A DNA stretch of 64,000 bases from a virus. Its lineage: Duplodnaviria > Caudoviricetes. Positions 9,901 through 18,549 of the stretch are shown here, one piece after another. The translations under genes were made by a program, and so were the position numbers. Every line of letters begins with the position of its first letter. Positions within the stretch are counted from its first letter, which is position 1. Under the pieces are notes generated by a model. The model was given only the letters and a program-made list of their open reading frames with translations. It was not told the DNA's origin and did no database searches. Where the stretch lies: positions 635-64,634 of the IMG/VR virus record IMGVR_UViG_3300044707_000321. One strand, given 5' to 3'.

Positions 9901-10604
9901 CGACTCTTTCCGTCTTTTTTCCAGACCTGATCCCTGTAATACGACTCATGGGCGTCCATCTTAAGTTTTGTTTTCTGGATCTCCGCAAGATCCTTCTTAC
10001 TTAGCGTCCCGCAAGAATGTCTCCCGCCCATCTCTGACCGCTTAAAAGGGATAGCCTGAACCAACGGAGTTCCCTGCTCAATAATTCCGGAGAACTTCGG
10101 ATCCTTTAGGACGAATGGGAAGTTAATCTGATTCTTAAACTTATCACATTCAACGATTGCGGAAAAACATTCGAATCTAGGATCTGCCCTGTTTAGGGGA
10201 GGCACAAACAATACAGACCAACCGGCGGGAACATGGATATGCCAAAAGTTTGAAAACTTAAGGGGTTGCGCCGGATGGGTTGGATGGGCCTCGCCACCCA
10301 ACTGCCAAGGTTGGTGCATCCCTATGATCTTCGATGGGAAGGCACTATCCGTTGTTACAATCGAACCTTTCTCGGTTGAGACAAGCTCGACGTCACCGGC
10401 CAGAGGAATAATGAAGCCGGCGGAAAGAGAATCTAGGAATGGGGCGCACCTCTTGACAGTTCCCTTGTTTAACCCCTGATTGCCAGTGCGGTGATGAAGT
10501 TTCTTGTACCATTCCGGTAAAAACTGGCTAGCTGGGTAAGGCTCAGGGATAACCCCCCTGAATCGCTCCTCGCAAAGAAACCGGATCCTTGGGGAAAAGA
10601 TCAT
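9870..10604 (-). CDS. Conserved phage hypothetical protein (DUF6065/dUTPase-like fold)
   Basis: Motifs PEWYK, TVKRCAPFLD, GWSVLF.PP.N, D.F...INFPF, GTPLVQAIPFKR; C-terminal RCPFH. Confidence 0.65.
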   Translation of the reverse strand: MIFSPRIRFLCEERFRGVIPEPYPASQFLPEWYKKLHHRTGNQGLNKGTVKRCAPFLDSLSAGFIIPLAGDVELVSTEKGSIVTTDSAFPSKIIGMHQPWQLGGEAHPTHPAQPLKFSNFWHIHVPAGWSVLFVPPLNRADPRFECFSAIVECDKFKNQINFPFVLKDPKFSGIIEQGTPLVQAIPFKRSEMGGRHSCGTLSKKDLAEIQKTKLKMDAHESYYRDQVWKKDGKSRCPFHRILGL

Positions 10605-10996
10605 ATATAGAAAGCTCCGTCTGCCCCTTTATTCCTTGCTGATGCTGAGTAATAAGGCTTATCCAATCTTTTACGTAGCGTAGATCCATCGATGGGCGAA
10701 TGACACATCCGGAGTAGCAGATCTAGGTCAGGAGATTTTAGGAAGTTAAGAAGATCCACCACTTCCCCGTCATGACGCATCGTGGTTACTTTGCTGTCTT
10801 TACTGAAACCGTATTTTTTTAGGGATCCAACTTTTTTAAGTTTATCGACGATTCCTCCGGCCCGAAGATGGCGATATTCGTGAATCGCCTCGGCGACGAC
10901 CGCTTCTATCAGTTTTACGCAGTTTTCGGCGATGTAGCCTTTTTTTGTGCGTTTTCGTTTTGTCTTTCGGCCAGAAGTAGAGGATGGACGTTTCAC
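10601..10996 (-). CDS. Hypothetical protein
   Basis: 131 aa, 4-nt overlap with the downstream gene. Confidence 0.6.
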   Translation of the reverse strand: MKRPSSTSGRKTKRKRTKKGYIAENCVKLIEAVVAEAIHEYRHLRAGGIVDKLKKVGSLKKYGFSKDSKVTTMRHDGEVVDLLNFLKSPDLDLLLRMCHSPIDGSTLRKRLDKPYYSASARNKGADGAFYI

Positions 10997-11011
10997 CTTG
11001 GATAATTCCTT

Positions 11012-11485
11012 TTAGACTTGATGTAATCGTTCGCCCCATGATGTTGTCAGATTAACAACAACATCTATCTTAGTAAAGCCTTGAATATCCATGACGACCA
11101 TTGGCTCACGATCCTGCCAATCCCGAATCTGACCTCTTCCCCCAAAGACAATATCCGGAAACTCCCCTTCCTCGATTTTTCGGTAGCAGACGAGTTTAGG
11201 AAAAGAGAATATGAGGAAGAACGGGAGTCCTGACTTTTTGGAAAGCTCGATCCCTGACCAGTACTTTTGCGCTGAGATAAAAGGACATTCCCATACTTTC
11301 GAACGGCAACGAATCTCGGCCCACGCAACAACCTTTTCGTTACGGGTAAGCCCGTAATCGACAATGTACTTGATCGGCAACTTTTCGATACCGACCTTCC
11401 ACTTCTCGGCAATCGCTTCGCCGACTTCCCTTTCCCGTGAAAGATCCTCTTTGGTTTCATATAATGGCCTCATCTTGAATGCCAT
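11012..11485 (-). CDS. PD-(D/E)XK-family endonuclease-like protein
   Basis: MRPLYET..D..RE, Y.VDY...AWAEIRCR, GGR..RDWQD.EP; the usual catalytic K position is R here. Confidence 0.65.
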   Translation of the reverse strand: MAFKMRPLYETKEDLSREREVGEAIAEKWKVGIEKLPIKYIVDYGLTRNEKVVAWAEIRCRSKVWECPFISAQKYWSGIELSKKSGLPFFLIFSFPKLVCYRKIEEGEFPDIVFGGRGQIRDWQDREPMVVMDIQGFTKIDVVVNLTTSWGERLHQV

Positions 11486-11982
11486 CCGGTACTAGCTTGC
11501 CAGTTTTTCGAACGGGCATAGGCGACTGAGCCATGATCGCAACCCCACATTTTCGCAATCTGAAGGATCTTCATGCCCGACTCGTATTGCGCCTTCCAGA
11601 TAGCCCACCGACGGGCAACCTTATCGGGCGTTTTATTAGCCGGCTTCTGAGTGTAGTTGGTGCGGTTGTACATTAGATCCTCAGGGATCTCGAACTTCGG
11701 CCCCTCCACCTTTTCAACCGGATCCGCATTCAAGCCGGCACTCAACCCCTTCATGTAGTCATCTCCCCAGCTACCGGCCATGTTTTTCTCCGCAGACATA
11801 AGCCTAGCCTCTAGGCCGGCGATCCTATGCGATAAAACGGTAATAGCCTCTAGCCCTCGTTCGACTAACTGGATCCGTGCCATGATTGCCTCATCCCGTG
11901 CAATCTCCATATTGATAACGTTACTGCGTTCCACTGTCCTGCCCTGCTCCACGCTACGATTGAATGCCTGATACAGACTCAT
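11470..11982 (-). CDS. Hypothetical protein with coiled coil and C-terminal HTH
   Basis: GMKILQIAKMWGCDHGSVAYA is HTH-like. Confidence 0.55.
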   Translation of the reverse strand: MSLYQAFNRSVEQGRTVERSNVINMEIARDEAIMARIQLVERGLEAITVLSHRIAGLEARLMSAEKNMAGSWGDDYMKGLSAGLNADPVEKVEGPKFEIPEDLMYNRTNYTQKPANKTPDKVARRWAIWKAQYESGMKILQIAKMWGCDHGSVAYARSKNWQASTGWHSR

Positions 11983-12000
11983 TACTAACCTACCTTTCTT

Positions 12001-12228
12001 TTATAGTTTGGGATCCCGACCACTACTCATGATCGGACGATCAATGTTGAATGTTTTGTTTTCCAAACCCCGAATCTCTCTCATGTCAATGCACCGGTGT
12101 TCGCCACTCGACGCAACTTCCACTAGGTAGATCGGGTTATGAGAAATCCCGTAATCAATGGTTGCCACCCATAGCGATTCCCCAAACGGAGTCAGAACCC
12201 AGCGGGGAGCCGGCAAGTAGGTAATCAT
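12001..12228 (-). CDS. Hypothetical protein
   Basis: Likely start MITYLPAP with ATGA overlap at 12225-12228; WV.TP.GE...IDYG motif. Confidence 0.6.
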   Translation of the reverse strand: MITYLPAPRWVLTPFGESLWVATIDYGISHNPIYLVEVASSGEHRCIDMREIRGLENKTFNIDRPIMSSGRDPKL

Positions 12229-12824
12229 TCTTTTGATGTTTTGTTGTATATCCCAAACACCGAATGCCATGTGGCTTCAAGAATGTGTGCAAAATGCCCC
12301 TCGTTCCTTTGGGCGTAGTACCTTTTGAAAACATCTTCAGGTACGGATAGAATTAGCTCTTTCTTCACCCATATCTGCGCCCCGACCTGAAACGATCCGG
12401 CTCTTGGGGCATGATCTACCCATGCAGTTTTGTGGAACTTTTCGCCCATCCCGCCCTCATGATGAATAATGCCTTCAATATGCTCGTTCTCCTTAGGGAT
12501 ATTTAGGTACGCCATTTGACGAGGATCCTCATCTGAGATGTTTTCAATCGTGGACATCTTTAGATGCCTCCAAAAATCCCCCTGCAAGAAAAGGGTTACA
12601 TCTGCCAGTGATTCCCGCCGGTGAATGATGTGCCAAAGATACTGCCCCGCCTCTCTCCCACCGTTGGGGATCTTGATTACAGGAAGATCACCAAACATGG
12701 CCGGAGTCTCGTTGCTGACTCCATCCGTGGCCCTGTAAATTGTTCTTTCCCATTCTTGGGGTATTTCCTTAATCCAACTCAGATCAGGTTCTTTATATGT
12801 TGCTATTACTACTTCTTTTTTCAT
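12225..12824 (-). CDS. DUF3431-like (glycosyltransferase-related) protein
   Basis: EVVIA.Y.E.DLSW, N.GREAG.YL.HII, LAD.T.FLQG, GAQ..V.K..I, LE..W..F. Confidence 0.75.
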   Translation of the reverse strand: MKKEVVIATYKEPDLSWIKEIPQEWERTIYRATDGVSNETPAMFGDLPVIKIPNGGREAGQYLWHIIHRRESLADVTLFLQGDFWRHLKMSTIENISDEDPRQMAYLNIPKENEHIEGIIHHEGGMGEKFHKTAWVDHAPRAGSFQVGAQIWVKKELILSVPEDVFKRYYAQRNEGHFAHILEATWHSVFGIYNKTSKE

Positions 12825-13042
12825 TTGCCTCCTGTTTTTGTTTTTGTTGCTTTCACCATGCGTTCAATCGCTACTCGCACCATGTACGAAATCACTGCTT
12901 CCCTATCTTTCTTAAGTTCCTTTAGCCCTTGCTTATAAAGGTTATCCCCGCACTTCTTGTTAAAAGTAATATCCACCTCGACCATTTTAACTTTCCTAGA
13001 TTTGCCAAACGTGATTTTTCCCAAGTCCTTGTTCTTTTTCAT
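12821..13042 (-). CDS. Small basic hypothetical protein
   Basis: 73 aa; SD-like AAGGA; ATGA overlap. Confidence 0.55.
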   Translation of the reverse strand: MKKNKDLGKITFGKSRKVKMVEVDITFNKKCGDNLYKQGLKELKKDREAVISYMVRVAIERMVKATKTKTGGK

Positions 13043-13058
13043 TTTTTCCTTTCTTAAA

Positions 13059-13150
13059 GAGATGCTGGGAACGACAAGTAACCAGCTTGTCTTTTCAGCC
13101 CCCGATACAGGGGAAAGGCCGAACCCGTATTAAGGTCTGCCCAGCTTCTC
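13059..13150. ncRNA. Candidate structured RNA (multi-branch fold) in an intergenic gap
   Basis: Closing stem GAGATGCTGGG/CCCAGCTTCTC (10 of 11 pairs) enclosing hairpins GACAAG-N7-CTTGTC, CCCC-N6-GGGG and ACC-N8-GGT. Confidence 0.35.
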
Positions 13151-13361
13151 ATTTCTTTTTTTTCTTTCCAAAAGGAGCAGTTTTCCATTTACCAAACTTC
13201 TTCTTTGAAGGACGGAATGCCCACACATCCCCGTTCTTATCCAGATCCACGGATATTTTCATTAGCCTCTGGTAAGCCCATCCGCCGAAACCAAACGAAC
13301 CCAATAACCGATAAACGGAATCCCCCATCCAAAAAAAAATCCTAGAAAGTAGTACCTTCAT
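13149..13361 (-). CDS. Small hypothetical protein
   Basis: 70 aa, ATGA-coupled to the upstream gene. Confidence 0.55.
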   Translation of the reverse strand: MKVLLSRIFFWMGDSVYRLLGSFGFGGWAYQRLMKISVDLDKNGDVWAFRPSKKKFGKWKTAPFGKKKKK

Positions 13362-13648
13362 TTCGACATCTCCTCGGCGTATTCAACCGCTTCTTCAACC
13401 GGCTCCTCAATCTCACGAAACCTTTCAATTCTAAATCCACGCTCAGGAAACGGAGGGACATTCGAACACGGATTCTCTAGGCCGACTAAATAAACGGCAA
13501 TCTCCCCCGCCTCACTTGTTGTCGAAACGCCGACGCTCATTCCACGAACGGTATAGGTTTTATCTTTTATGGGAAGCATTTTGTATAAGTTGATAATCCC
13601 CGTCTCAAAACTGTCATCGACGCATACCACTTTTGAACCCTCCCTCAT
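13358..13648 (-). CDS. Hypothetical protein (G.KVVCVDD...YTVR...GF..ERFR family)
   Basis: SD GGAGG before ATG 13648; motif typical of small phage proteins. Confidence 0.65.
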   Translation of the reverse strand: MREGSKVVCVDDSFETGIINLYKMLPIKDKTYTVRGMSVGVSTTSEAGEIAVYLVGLENPCSNVPPFPERGFRIERFREIEEPVEEAVEYAEEMSK

Positions 13649-14268
13649 TTGACCTCCGCATATAAACACTTCGAAGGAAGCGCATGCAGGAAGCGCATAG
13701 CCTCACGCTCGGTATTAAAGAAACAATCCACAACGGGAACCCCCCTATGCCCATTCGCCCTAGATGCCTTCCTAGAGATGACATCCGTACCGGTATCGAC
13801 AACAACCCACTCTCTGTTCCCTACCACTAGCTTTGTTCCGTAATTAAACACCCGTGGATCCGACGCCATGCTTCGACCGCTAACCAGACGCCGGCCTGAT
13901 GAGCTACGTAGCCTCGACGTATCGGGATCCTCACCCCGCCAGTAGCAAGTCACATAAACCTTTTTAAGAACCTTAGGCTTGGGAAACATGAAGGCGAAAG
14001 GGCAAGTAGTAGTTGAGAACGCAAAGTTGAGAAAAAATAAAATCGGAATTAGCCGTAGGAAAAACGGGCTTTTATTAAAGCGAAGGGGGGGGGTACGGGA
14101 ACCCGACCTTTTTTTAATCGTATATATTGGGGAAAAAGGCCGGCCAAAAAGGGGGAACGGAGGGGGGTCAAACATTGATTTGTCGCACAATGAACAGTGT
14201 ATGGTGCGCTTGCAGATCTCGTTGATTATCATACTACTTATGACTTTCAATTTCGGCCCGTGGAACAT
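13645..14268 (-). CDS. 3D-domain (MltA-like lytic transglycosylase) protein; true start probably downstream of ~14100
   Basis: VT.Y, ASDPRVF.YGTKL, VVDTG.DV.SRKA, VVD.FF: three conserved Asp; hydrophobic signal-like stretch upstream. Confidence 0.7.
   Translation of the reverse strand: MFHGPKLKVISSMIINEICKRTIHCSLCDKSMFDPPPFPLFGRPFSPIYTIKKRSGSRTPPLRFNKSPFFLRLIPILFFLNFAFSTTTCPFAFMFPKPKVLKKVYVTCYWRGEDPDTSRLRSSSGRRLVSGRSMASDPRVFNYGTKLVVGNREWVVVDTGTDVISRKASRANGHRGVPVVDCFFNTEREAMRFLHALPSKCLYAEVK
14081..14170. other. G-tract cluster just downstream of putative TerS; candidate packaging (pac/cos-like) site
   Basis: G9 at 14085-14093 plus GGGGAAAAAGGCCGGCCAAAAAGGGGG and GGAGGGGGGT within 90 bp. Confidence 0.35.
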
Positions 14269-14692
14269 TCTCTATAACTGCTTGCGCTTGCCCATGCTTA
14301 CGTAGCTTATCGGCCAAAAGCTCCAAGGCTTCAGGGGTCAAATCCTTGAGACGATCATCCTCAGTCTTGATGTGCTTAGTCGTCGTGAGGATTCGCTCGA
14401 CTGGTTTCCCAACTGCATAACCTAGATATAGTTCCGCAGATCTTAAACGAGTTTTATGATCGGGCCTTTCGTCATACGTGTGCGTCTTGTTATTCCACAA
14501 GTATTCTTTAGCCTCAAGTGCTTCATTGATAGCGTTATAGCACTTCCTAAGAATCTCCGGATCTTGTAGCTCGGACTGGTTTAGGTTCATCACCCCCTCA
14601 CGTATGTGCGCTCGGTGTGGGCCAAAACGGGTCAAACCCTTCTCTCGGCCCTTGCTCGCAATCTTCTCAGCTAACGTCGTGGGTTCACTCAC
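14234..14692 (-). CDS. Putative terminase small subunit
   Basis: EAL.A...PDHKTRLRSAELYLGYAVGKPVER helical motif typical of TerS-like proteins; upstream of TerL on the same strand. Confidence 0.55.
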   Translation of the reverse strand: MSEPTTLAEKIASKGREKGLTRFGPHRAHIREGVMNLNQSELQDPEILRKCYNAINEALEAKEYLWNNKTHTYDERPDHKTRLRSAELYLGYAVGKPVERILTTTKHIKTEDDRLKDLTPEALELLADKLRKHGQAQAVIENVPRAEIESHK

Positions 14693-15510
14693 CAGACTAC
14701 CTCTGCTTCCTTTGCTGGTGCTTTGACTGCTACCAGTTCATCCACTATGTCAGTTGTTGTCAGGTTGGCAACATCTTTCTCATTAGATGCCACGCAATCG
14801 AGCAACAATGCCGATTCCCGTGCGGTTTGTAGTTCGATAGGGGTAAGTATCGATTCGAGCCATATCCAACCATCCTCAGGCATTTTATTGCAAAGTAGGC
14901 TTATCGACCATCCGGAGTGACCTTTCTTCACGTCTGATGCGACTGCGATTGCATCGTAGTACCAGAGTGGTTGTTTGATTTCCCAGTTCCCTTCGAGTGC
15001 CTTCTTTGTTGCATCGACTGACTTGTACATGATCCACTTGGCATGCTCGTTGGATGGATCGAGTCGTGATAGTAGCCTTTGATCCACGTTCAAGCCGGTT
15101 AGATCCTCAAATGTGCAGTTGGTTGTGATGATCGTCGTCTTGCCGGCGTCCATGCGATTGCGGATCAGGTCTGAGATCCGGCCCCCGTTGTGATCCTTCA
15201 GGTGTCGATCATTGGCCCATAGGTCGTCCATGATGAGCAGATCTACCTTTGTGGGTAGGTCTAGGACTGACTGGATTGGTTTGTTGTCATGGTAAGCCAC
15301 TGAGATGTCCTTGAGCCAGTTTTCCATGTTCAGGAACAATGCTGTTGCTCTTGGTCTGTTTGAGATCCATGCGTAGCCGGCGTCGGTTGCTCTGTGGGTC
15401 TTGCCTGTGTGTGGTTCGCCTGTGAGTACCGTGATCAGCTTCTCGACTCTCATAGGCTTATGCTTGATTTGAGCCGAGTACTTCGATGGTGCGTTTAGAA
15501 TGCGTCCCAT
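14689..15510 (-). CDS. DnaC/IstB-like AAA+ helicase loader
   Basis: Walker A GEPHTGKT, Walker B LLIMDDL, TTIITTN, R.LSRL; follows the initiator gene. Confidence 0.85.
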   Translation of the reverse strand: MGRILNAPSKYSAQIKHKPMRVEKLITVLTGEPHTGKTHRATDAGYAWISNRPRATALFLNMENWLKDISVAYHDNKPIQSVLDLPTKVDLLIMDDLWANDRHLKDHNGGRISDLIRNRMDAGKTTIITTNCTFEDLTGLNVDQRLLSRLDPSNEHAKWIMYKSVDATKKALEGNWEIKQPLWYYDAIAVASDVKKGHSGWSISLLCNKMPEDGWIWLESILTPIELQTARESALLLDCVASNEKDVANLTTTDIVDELVAVKAPAKEAEVVW

Positions 15511-15514
15511 AGTT

Positions 15515-16201
15515 TTATGCCTCCTCGTATTGAATTGTTTTGGTTTGTGGTTTGATTGCTGTGAGTGACTTCACTTGCTTTGGTTTGTTGCGTAAGTGGC
15601 AAGTGCGTACACACGCTTTCCAATCTTTCATGGGATTCTTGCCAACCTTGAAACCGTTTGACTGATACCAGTTGTAAGTCTGTTCAGCGTTGCTTTCATC
15701 GAATCCGATTTCTTTTGAATAAGACAACCATTCTTCAAGCGATGGGATCCTATTCCTTTCCATTCCATTCCCTTCCTTTCCCTTCCCTTCCGGCAGTGAG
15801 TCGTCAGTGAGTTGTGTGTGAGTCGTCACTGAGTCCTCACTGAACGCTCCGTGAGTTTGGGTATTACTAGCTAAGTAGTAGCCTTTTATAGAACTGGCCG
15901 TCGGCCTATTGATTACCTGATGCTCCTTAAACTTACAGATCCGACCGATCTTCCCCATTTTGGGGTGAGTTACTATTTTAATAAACTCTATGTTAGCCAA
16001 TTCATCTAGGCTTTTTTGTATGGTTTTGGTGTCCTTTGCGAAAGGATCCACCTCACCCCGTAGGTAGTACTCGTCGGCATGGAAGTAGCCTTCGTCGTCT
16101 GCCACGTTGAGCAGTGCGACCGCTAGCCACTTCGCATCCCCTGAAAGCCTCCCCGTTAGGGGGTGCTTCCAGAAGTACGGTTTGATGGTTCTAATACGCA
16201 T
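15515..16201 (-). CDS. Phage replication initiator (replisome organiser)
   Basis: MRIRTIKP.FW...L.N.ADDEGYF, F..HQ.INRP, C-terminal GFKVGKNPMKDWKACVRT; carries internal iterons. Confidence 0.85.
   Translation of the reverse strand: MRIRTIKPYFWKHPLTGRLSGDAKWLAVALLNVADDEGYFHADEYYLRGEVDPFAKDTKTIQKSLDELANIEFIKIVTHPKMGKIGRICKFKEHQVINRPTASSIKGYYLASNTQTHGAFSEDSVTTHTQLTDDSLPEGKGKEGNGMERNRIPSLEEWLSYSKEIGFDESNAEQTYNWYQSNGFKVGKNPMKDWKACVRTCHLRNKPKQVKSLTAIKPQTKTIQYEEA
15749..15861. repeat. Putative replication origin: six 11-bp iterons plus a pyrimidine tract inside the initiator gene
   Basis: GTGAGTCGTCA, GTGAGTTGTGT, GTGAGTCGTCA, CTGAGTCCTCA, CTGAACGCTCC, GTGAGTTTGGG in tandem at 15796-15861; CCTT-rich tract at 15749-15791. 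Confidence 0.7.
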
Positions 16202-16665
16202 TAGAACGGTATTTCGTCGTTGTCCGGCTTGGGTTCCGCCTTGGGTTGGGCCTTTGCCTTGGGCTTGGCCGGCTCAGGATCCTTCTCAACCTTTGCCACT
16301 GTCTTGCTCAGGAACTCGCCGATGCGATTACGTTTCACACCATTGTATTCCTCGACGCCAATCAATGCCTCGCCTTCCTTGCCCTTAATCTTGGTCAAGA
16401 ATGCCTCGTCCAAGTCGAACTCTTCACCACGTTTCGGTGCTACCCCGAAACACTTGAGGAATGAGTCCGTTTTCCATGCGCTCTTCTCAGTGAAGAACAG
16501 GAAGTCGGTGATCTGCGTCCCGCTATCCACGTCCTCCATCGTGATCTTGAGCATTTCGTTCCCTGCTCTGGACACCATGAACTCGCCATCGACAAAGCGA
16601 AGTTTGTAGTCGCCCTCCGGTAGCAAGGTGTTTCCGCCTTTTCGATCCATGAACTGATATTTCAT
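16201..16665 (-). CDS. DUF669 family SSB-like protein
   Basis: LLPEGDY, S.AGNEML, W....FLK..G, EEYNG..RN.I; acidic tail DNDEIPF. Confidence 0.85.
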   Translation of the reverse strand: MKYQFMDRKGGNTLLPEGDYKLRFVDGEFMVSRAGNEMLKITMEDVDSGTQITDFLFFTEKSAWKTDSFLKCFGVAPKRGEEFDLDEAFLTKIKGKEGEALIGVEEYNGVKRNRIGEFLSKTVAKVEKDPEPAKPKAKAQPKAEPKPDNDEIPF

Positions 16666-16871
16666 TTGTTTTGTAACTCCTTTTCTTTTCTGCGTTTCTT
16701 TTGTTCTATGATCTCTTTCAACATCAGGATTGATCCATCGACTCCCTGCTTAACTTCCTTAACGCTCGCTTGTAGTGGCGTTGGTGCGTGTGTGTGAAGT
16801 TTGGTCAAGGCTTCTGTATTCCTTGTGAGAATATCGATAACCCATCCAAGTTTTTCGCTACTTGGCCTCAC
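16662..16871 (-). CDS. Hypothetical protein
   Basis: 69 aa, translationally coupled. Confidence 0.55.
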   Translation of the reverse strand: MRPSSEKLGWVIDILTRNTEALTKLHTHAPTPLQASVKEVKQGVDGSILMLKEIIEQKKRRKEKELQNK

Positions 16872-17074
16872 TATTTTTTAATGAGAGCAGTCAAAACAGT
16901 GATCTTGCTTTCCAACTCAATCACTTTGTCCCGTAGCCGATTGACCGTATCGACGATCTCTTTCTGTTGGCCGAATGGATTAAATCCTCCCATTCCTCCA
17001 TTAATGTTTATTGATGGCGGATACTGCGGGATTGGTTGATTTGTTGCGTTTCCGGTTGTTTGCGTGTCGCTCAT
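16871..17074 (-). CDS. Hypothetical coiled-coil protein
   Basis: 67 aa; SD GGAG; coupled. Confidence 0.55.
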   Translation of the reverse strand: MSDTQTTGNATNQPIPQYPPSININGGMGGFNPFGQQKEIVDTVNRLRDKVIELESKITVLTALIKK

Positions 17075-17199
17075 TTCTTTTTCTCCTTTGTGTTGGGTAC
17101 GCAGTTAGGCACTGTCTTTGCGCCTTTCTTTTTTGTTCCTACCATTTCGTAGCCCTTCCAACATGGGCCTTGGTAGTTCTTGCTTTTTCCTTTGTTCAT
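17071..17199 (-). CDS. 42-aa peptide with a CWKGYE.VG.K.K...VPNCVP motif
   Basis: Below the ORF-track cutoff; MNKGKSKNYQGPCWKGYEMVGTKKKGAKTVPNCVPNTKEKKK; ATGA overlaps at both ends. Confidence 0.75.
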   Translation of the reverse strand: MNKGKSKNYQGPCWKGYEMVGTKKKGAKTVPNCVPNTKEKKK

Positions 17200-17489
17200 T
17201 TCATTTGTCCTTTCAGTTTTGCCAATAGGAAAACGGCCCTGACGATGGCCCTTTCCGCATGGTCTAGTTTGTTTTCTCCGTCCACGTCCTTGGGGGCATT
17301 CCCGTCCTTCTGCATTAGGCAGATGGAGGCATGTTTAATGGCCCTAAGACCGTGATAATCGCAGTTGTTTTTCGTCCACCATTCGTTCAGTCCGGACTTG
17401 GTAGATCCGGTAATCATGACCTTCCGAACTACGTGTCCGGCTAGCTCGGCTAGATCCTCGATTGTCGGGGCCGGCTTGACTTCGCTCAT
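17196..17489 (-). CDS. Hypothetical protein, possibly dATP/dGTP diphosphohydrolase-like (DUF5664)
   Basis: H..RAI.H...DGE...DHA.RA.R motif; weak match. Confidence 0.45.
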   Translation of the reverse strand: MSEVKPAPTIEDLAELAGHVVRKVMITGSTKSGLNEWWTKNNCDYHGLRAIKHASICLMQKDGNAPKDVDGENKLDHAERAIVRAVFLLAKLKGQMK

Positions 17490-17490
17490 A

Positions 17491-17688
17491 TTAGTTCCTC
17501 CCTGCCTGTAAGCCTTGAGTATTTATGATGTAGTGAATCATCACCTTGGGCTTTTCCGGTGGTGGTTCGTTCGCAACGAGAATCTTTACCTTGGCGGGAT
17601 CAATACCCTTCTTGCAGGAGTGGACGTAAGCCTTGTCCACTGCCCGTTTCAGCCTCTCTAGGGTGATTACCTTGTGGGTTTTCTTCAT
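17491..17688 (-). CDS. Small hypothetical protein
   Basis: 65 aa, coupled. Confidence 0.5.
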   Translation of the reverse strand: MKKTHKVITLERLKRAVDKAYVHSCKKGIDPAKVKILVANEPPPEKPKVMIHYIINTQGLQAGRN

Positions 17689-18038
17689 ACATTTTTAAGT
17701 GCTAGGTATTCGGCAACCTTGGCACGTCCTTCTTCTACCGAGCGCACGACTACGACCGCATAGCCTAAGCCCATAAAATTCTCGCCCATGACCTTCTGAG
17801 AAGCCGAAAGCACTCCCTTGTCCGTTTTAAGTTCTATGAATAGCCCGTGGAACTTCCCCCGTGCCACTGGCAGGAATAGATCCGGTACGCCGGCCAGCAC
17901 TCCCTCTTTCTTTAATCGAACAGCAGTACGAATGTTGCGTAGCCCACCATTCGGGATCGCAAAAAGATTCCTGCACCGGTGATCCATTCGAAGCAGGGTA
18001 ACGAGTGACTGTTGGAGTTGGCTTTCGAGGTGTCTCAT
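17685..18038 (-). CDS. VRR-NUC domain nuclease (Holliday junction resolvase-like)
   Basis: ES.LQ, FAIPNGG.R, LKKEGV.AGVPDL, GLFIELK, S.SQ. Confidence 0.92.
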   Translation of the reverse strand: MRHLESQLQQSLVTLLRMDHRCRNLFAIPNGGLRNIRTAVRLKKEGVLAGVPDLFLPVARGKFHGLFIELKTDKGVLSASQKVMGENFMGLGYAVVVVRSVEEGRAKVAEYLALKNV

Positions 18039-18376
18039 GCCGTCCTCCAATAGATCCGCCAGAATAAGTGCTTCCAGTTGCCGGACGTCTTGACGTTTGC
18101 CACGTCAAAGAAGCTGATGCCAAAACGACAACACCTCTTCCAAAAGAAGTAATCCTCGTTAAAGTTGTCCTCCACCACTTTGATTATCATGTTCCCGCTT
18201 GCATCGACCTGAGGGGCAATCTTCCCGTCGAATGCCACCATCCCCAGTACGTTCCTTGGGATGATTAGCCGGCCCCCGTTCTGCTTGGCTAGCGCACTCA
18301 GGGCCAGACCAAGCATTCCGGATCTCCTGCGTTCCGTTGCGATCTTTGCGTTTAAGGTTTCCATCATTTTACTCAT
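18035..18376 (-). CDS. Hypothetical protein
   Basis: Likely start MSKMMETL at 18376 with ATGA overlap and GGAGG SD. Confidence 0.55.
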   Translation of the reverse strand: MSKMMETLNAKIATERRRSGMLGLALSALAKQNGGRLIIPRNVLGMVAFDGKIAPQVDASGNMIIKVVEDNFNEDYFFWKRCCRFGISFFDVANVKTSGNWKHLFWRIYWRTA

Positions 18377-18549
18377 AAGAACTCCCTCCATAACTTCCTG
18401 ATAAACCAGAAAGCAACTGCGCCTCCGCTTGCTACACCGACGATTAAGATTCCCCATAGGATCGCCACACCCAGCCAGAAGGCAGTTAGCTCGGCCATGG
18501 ATACGACGACCTTCAAGACCTCGTATGCAAAGGGGGTTATGGTTTCCAT
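18373..18549 (-). CDS. 58-aa membrane protein
   Basis: METITPFAYEVLKVVVSMAELTAFWLGVAILWGILIVGVASGGAVAFWFIRKLWREFL; fills the gap between neighbours; not in the ORF track. Confidence 0.6.
   Translation of the reverse strand: METITPFAYEVLKVVVSMAELTAFWLGVAILWGILIVGVASGGAVAFWFIRKLWREFL

Noticed and set aside
13059-13150. Hammerhead ribozyme or intrinsic terminator
   Set aside because: CTGAAAAG only loosely resembles CUGANGA, there is no matching GAAA core and no U-tract on the sense strand
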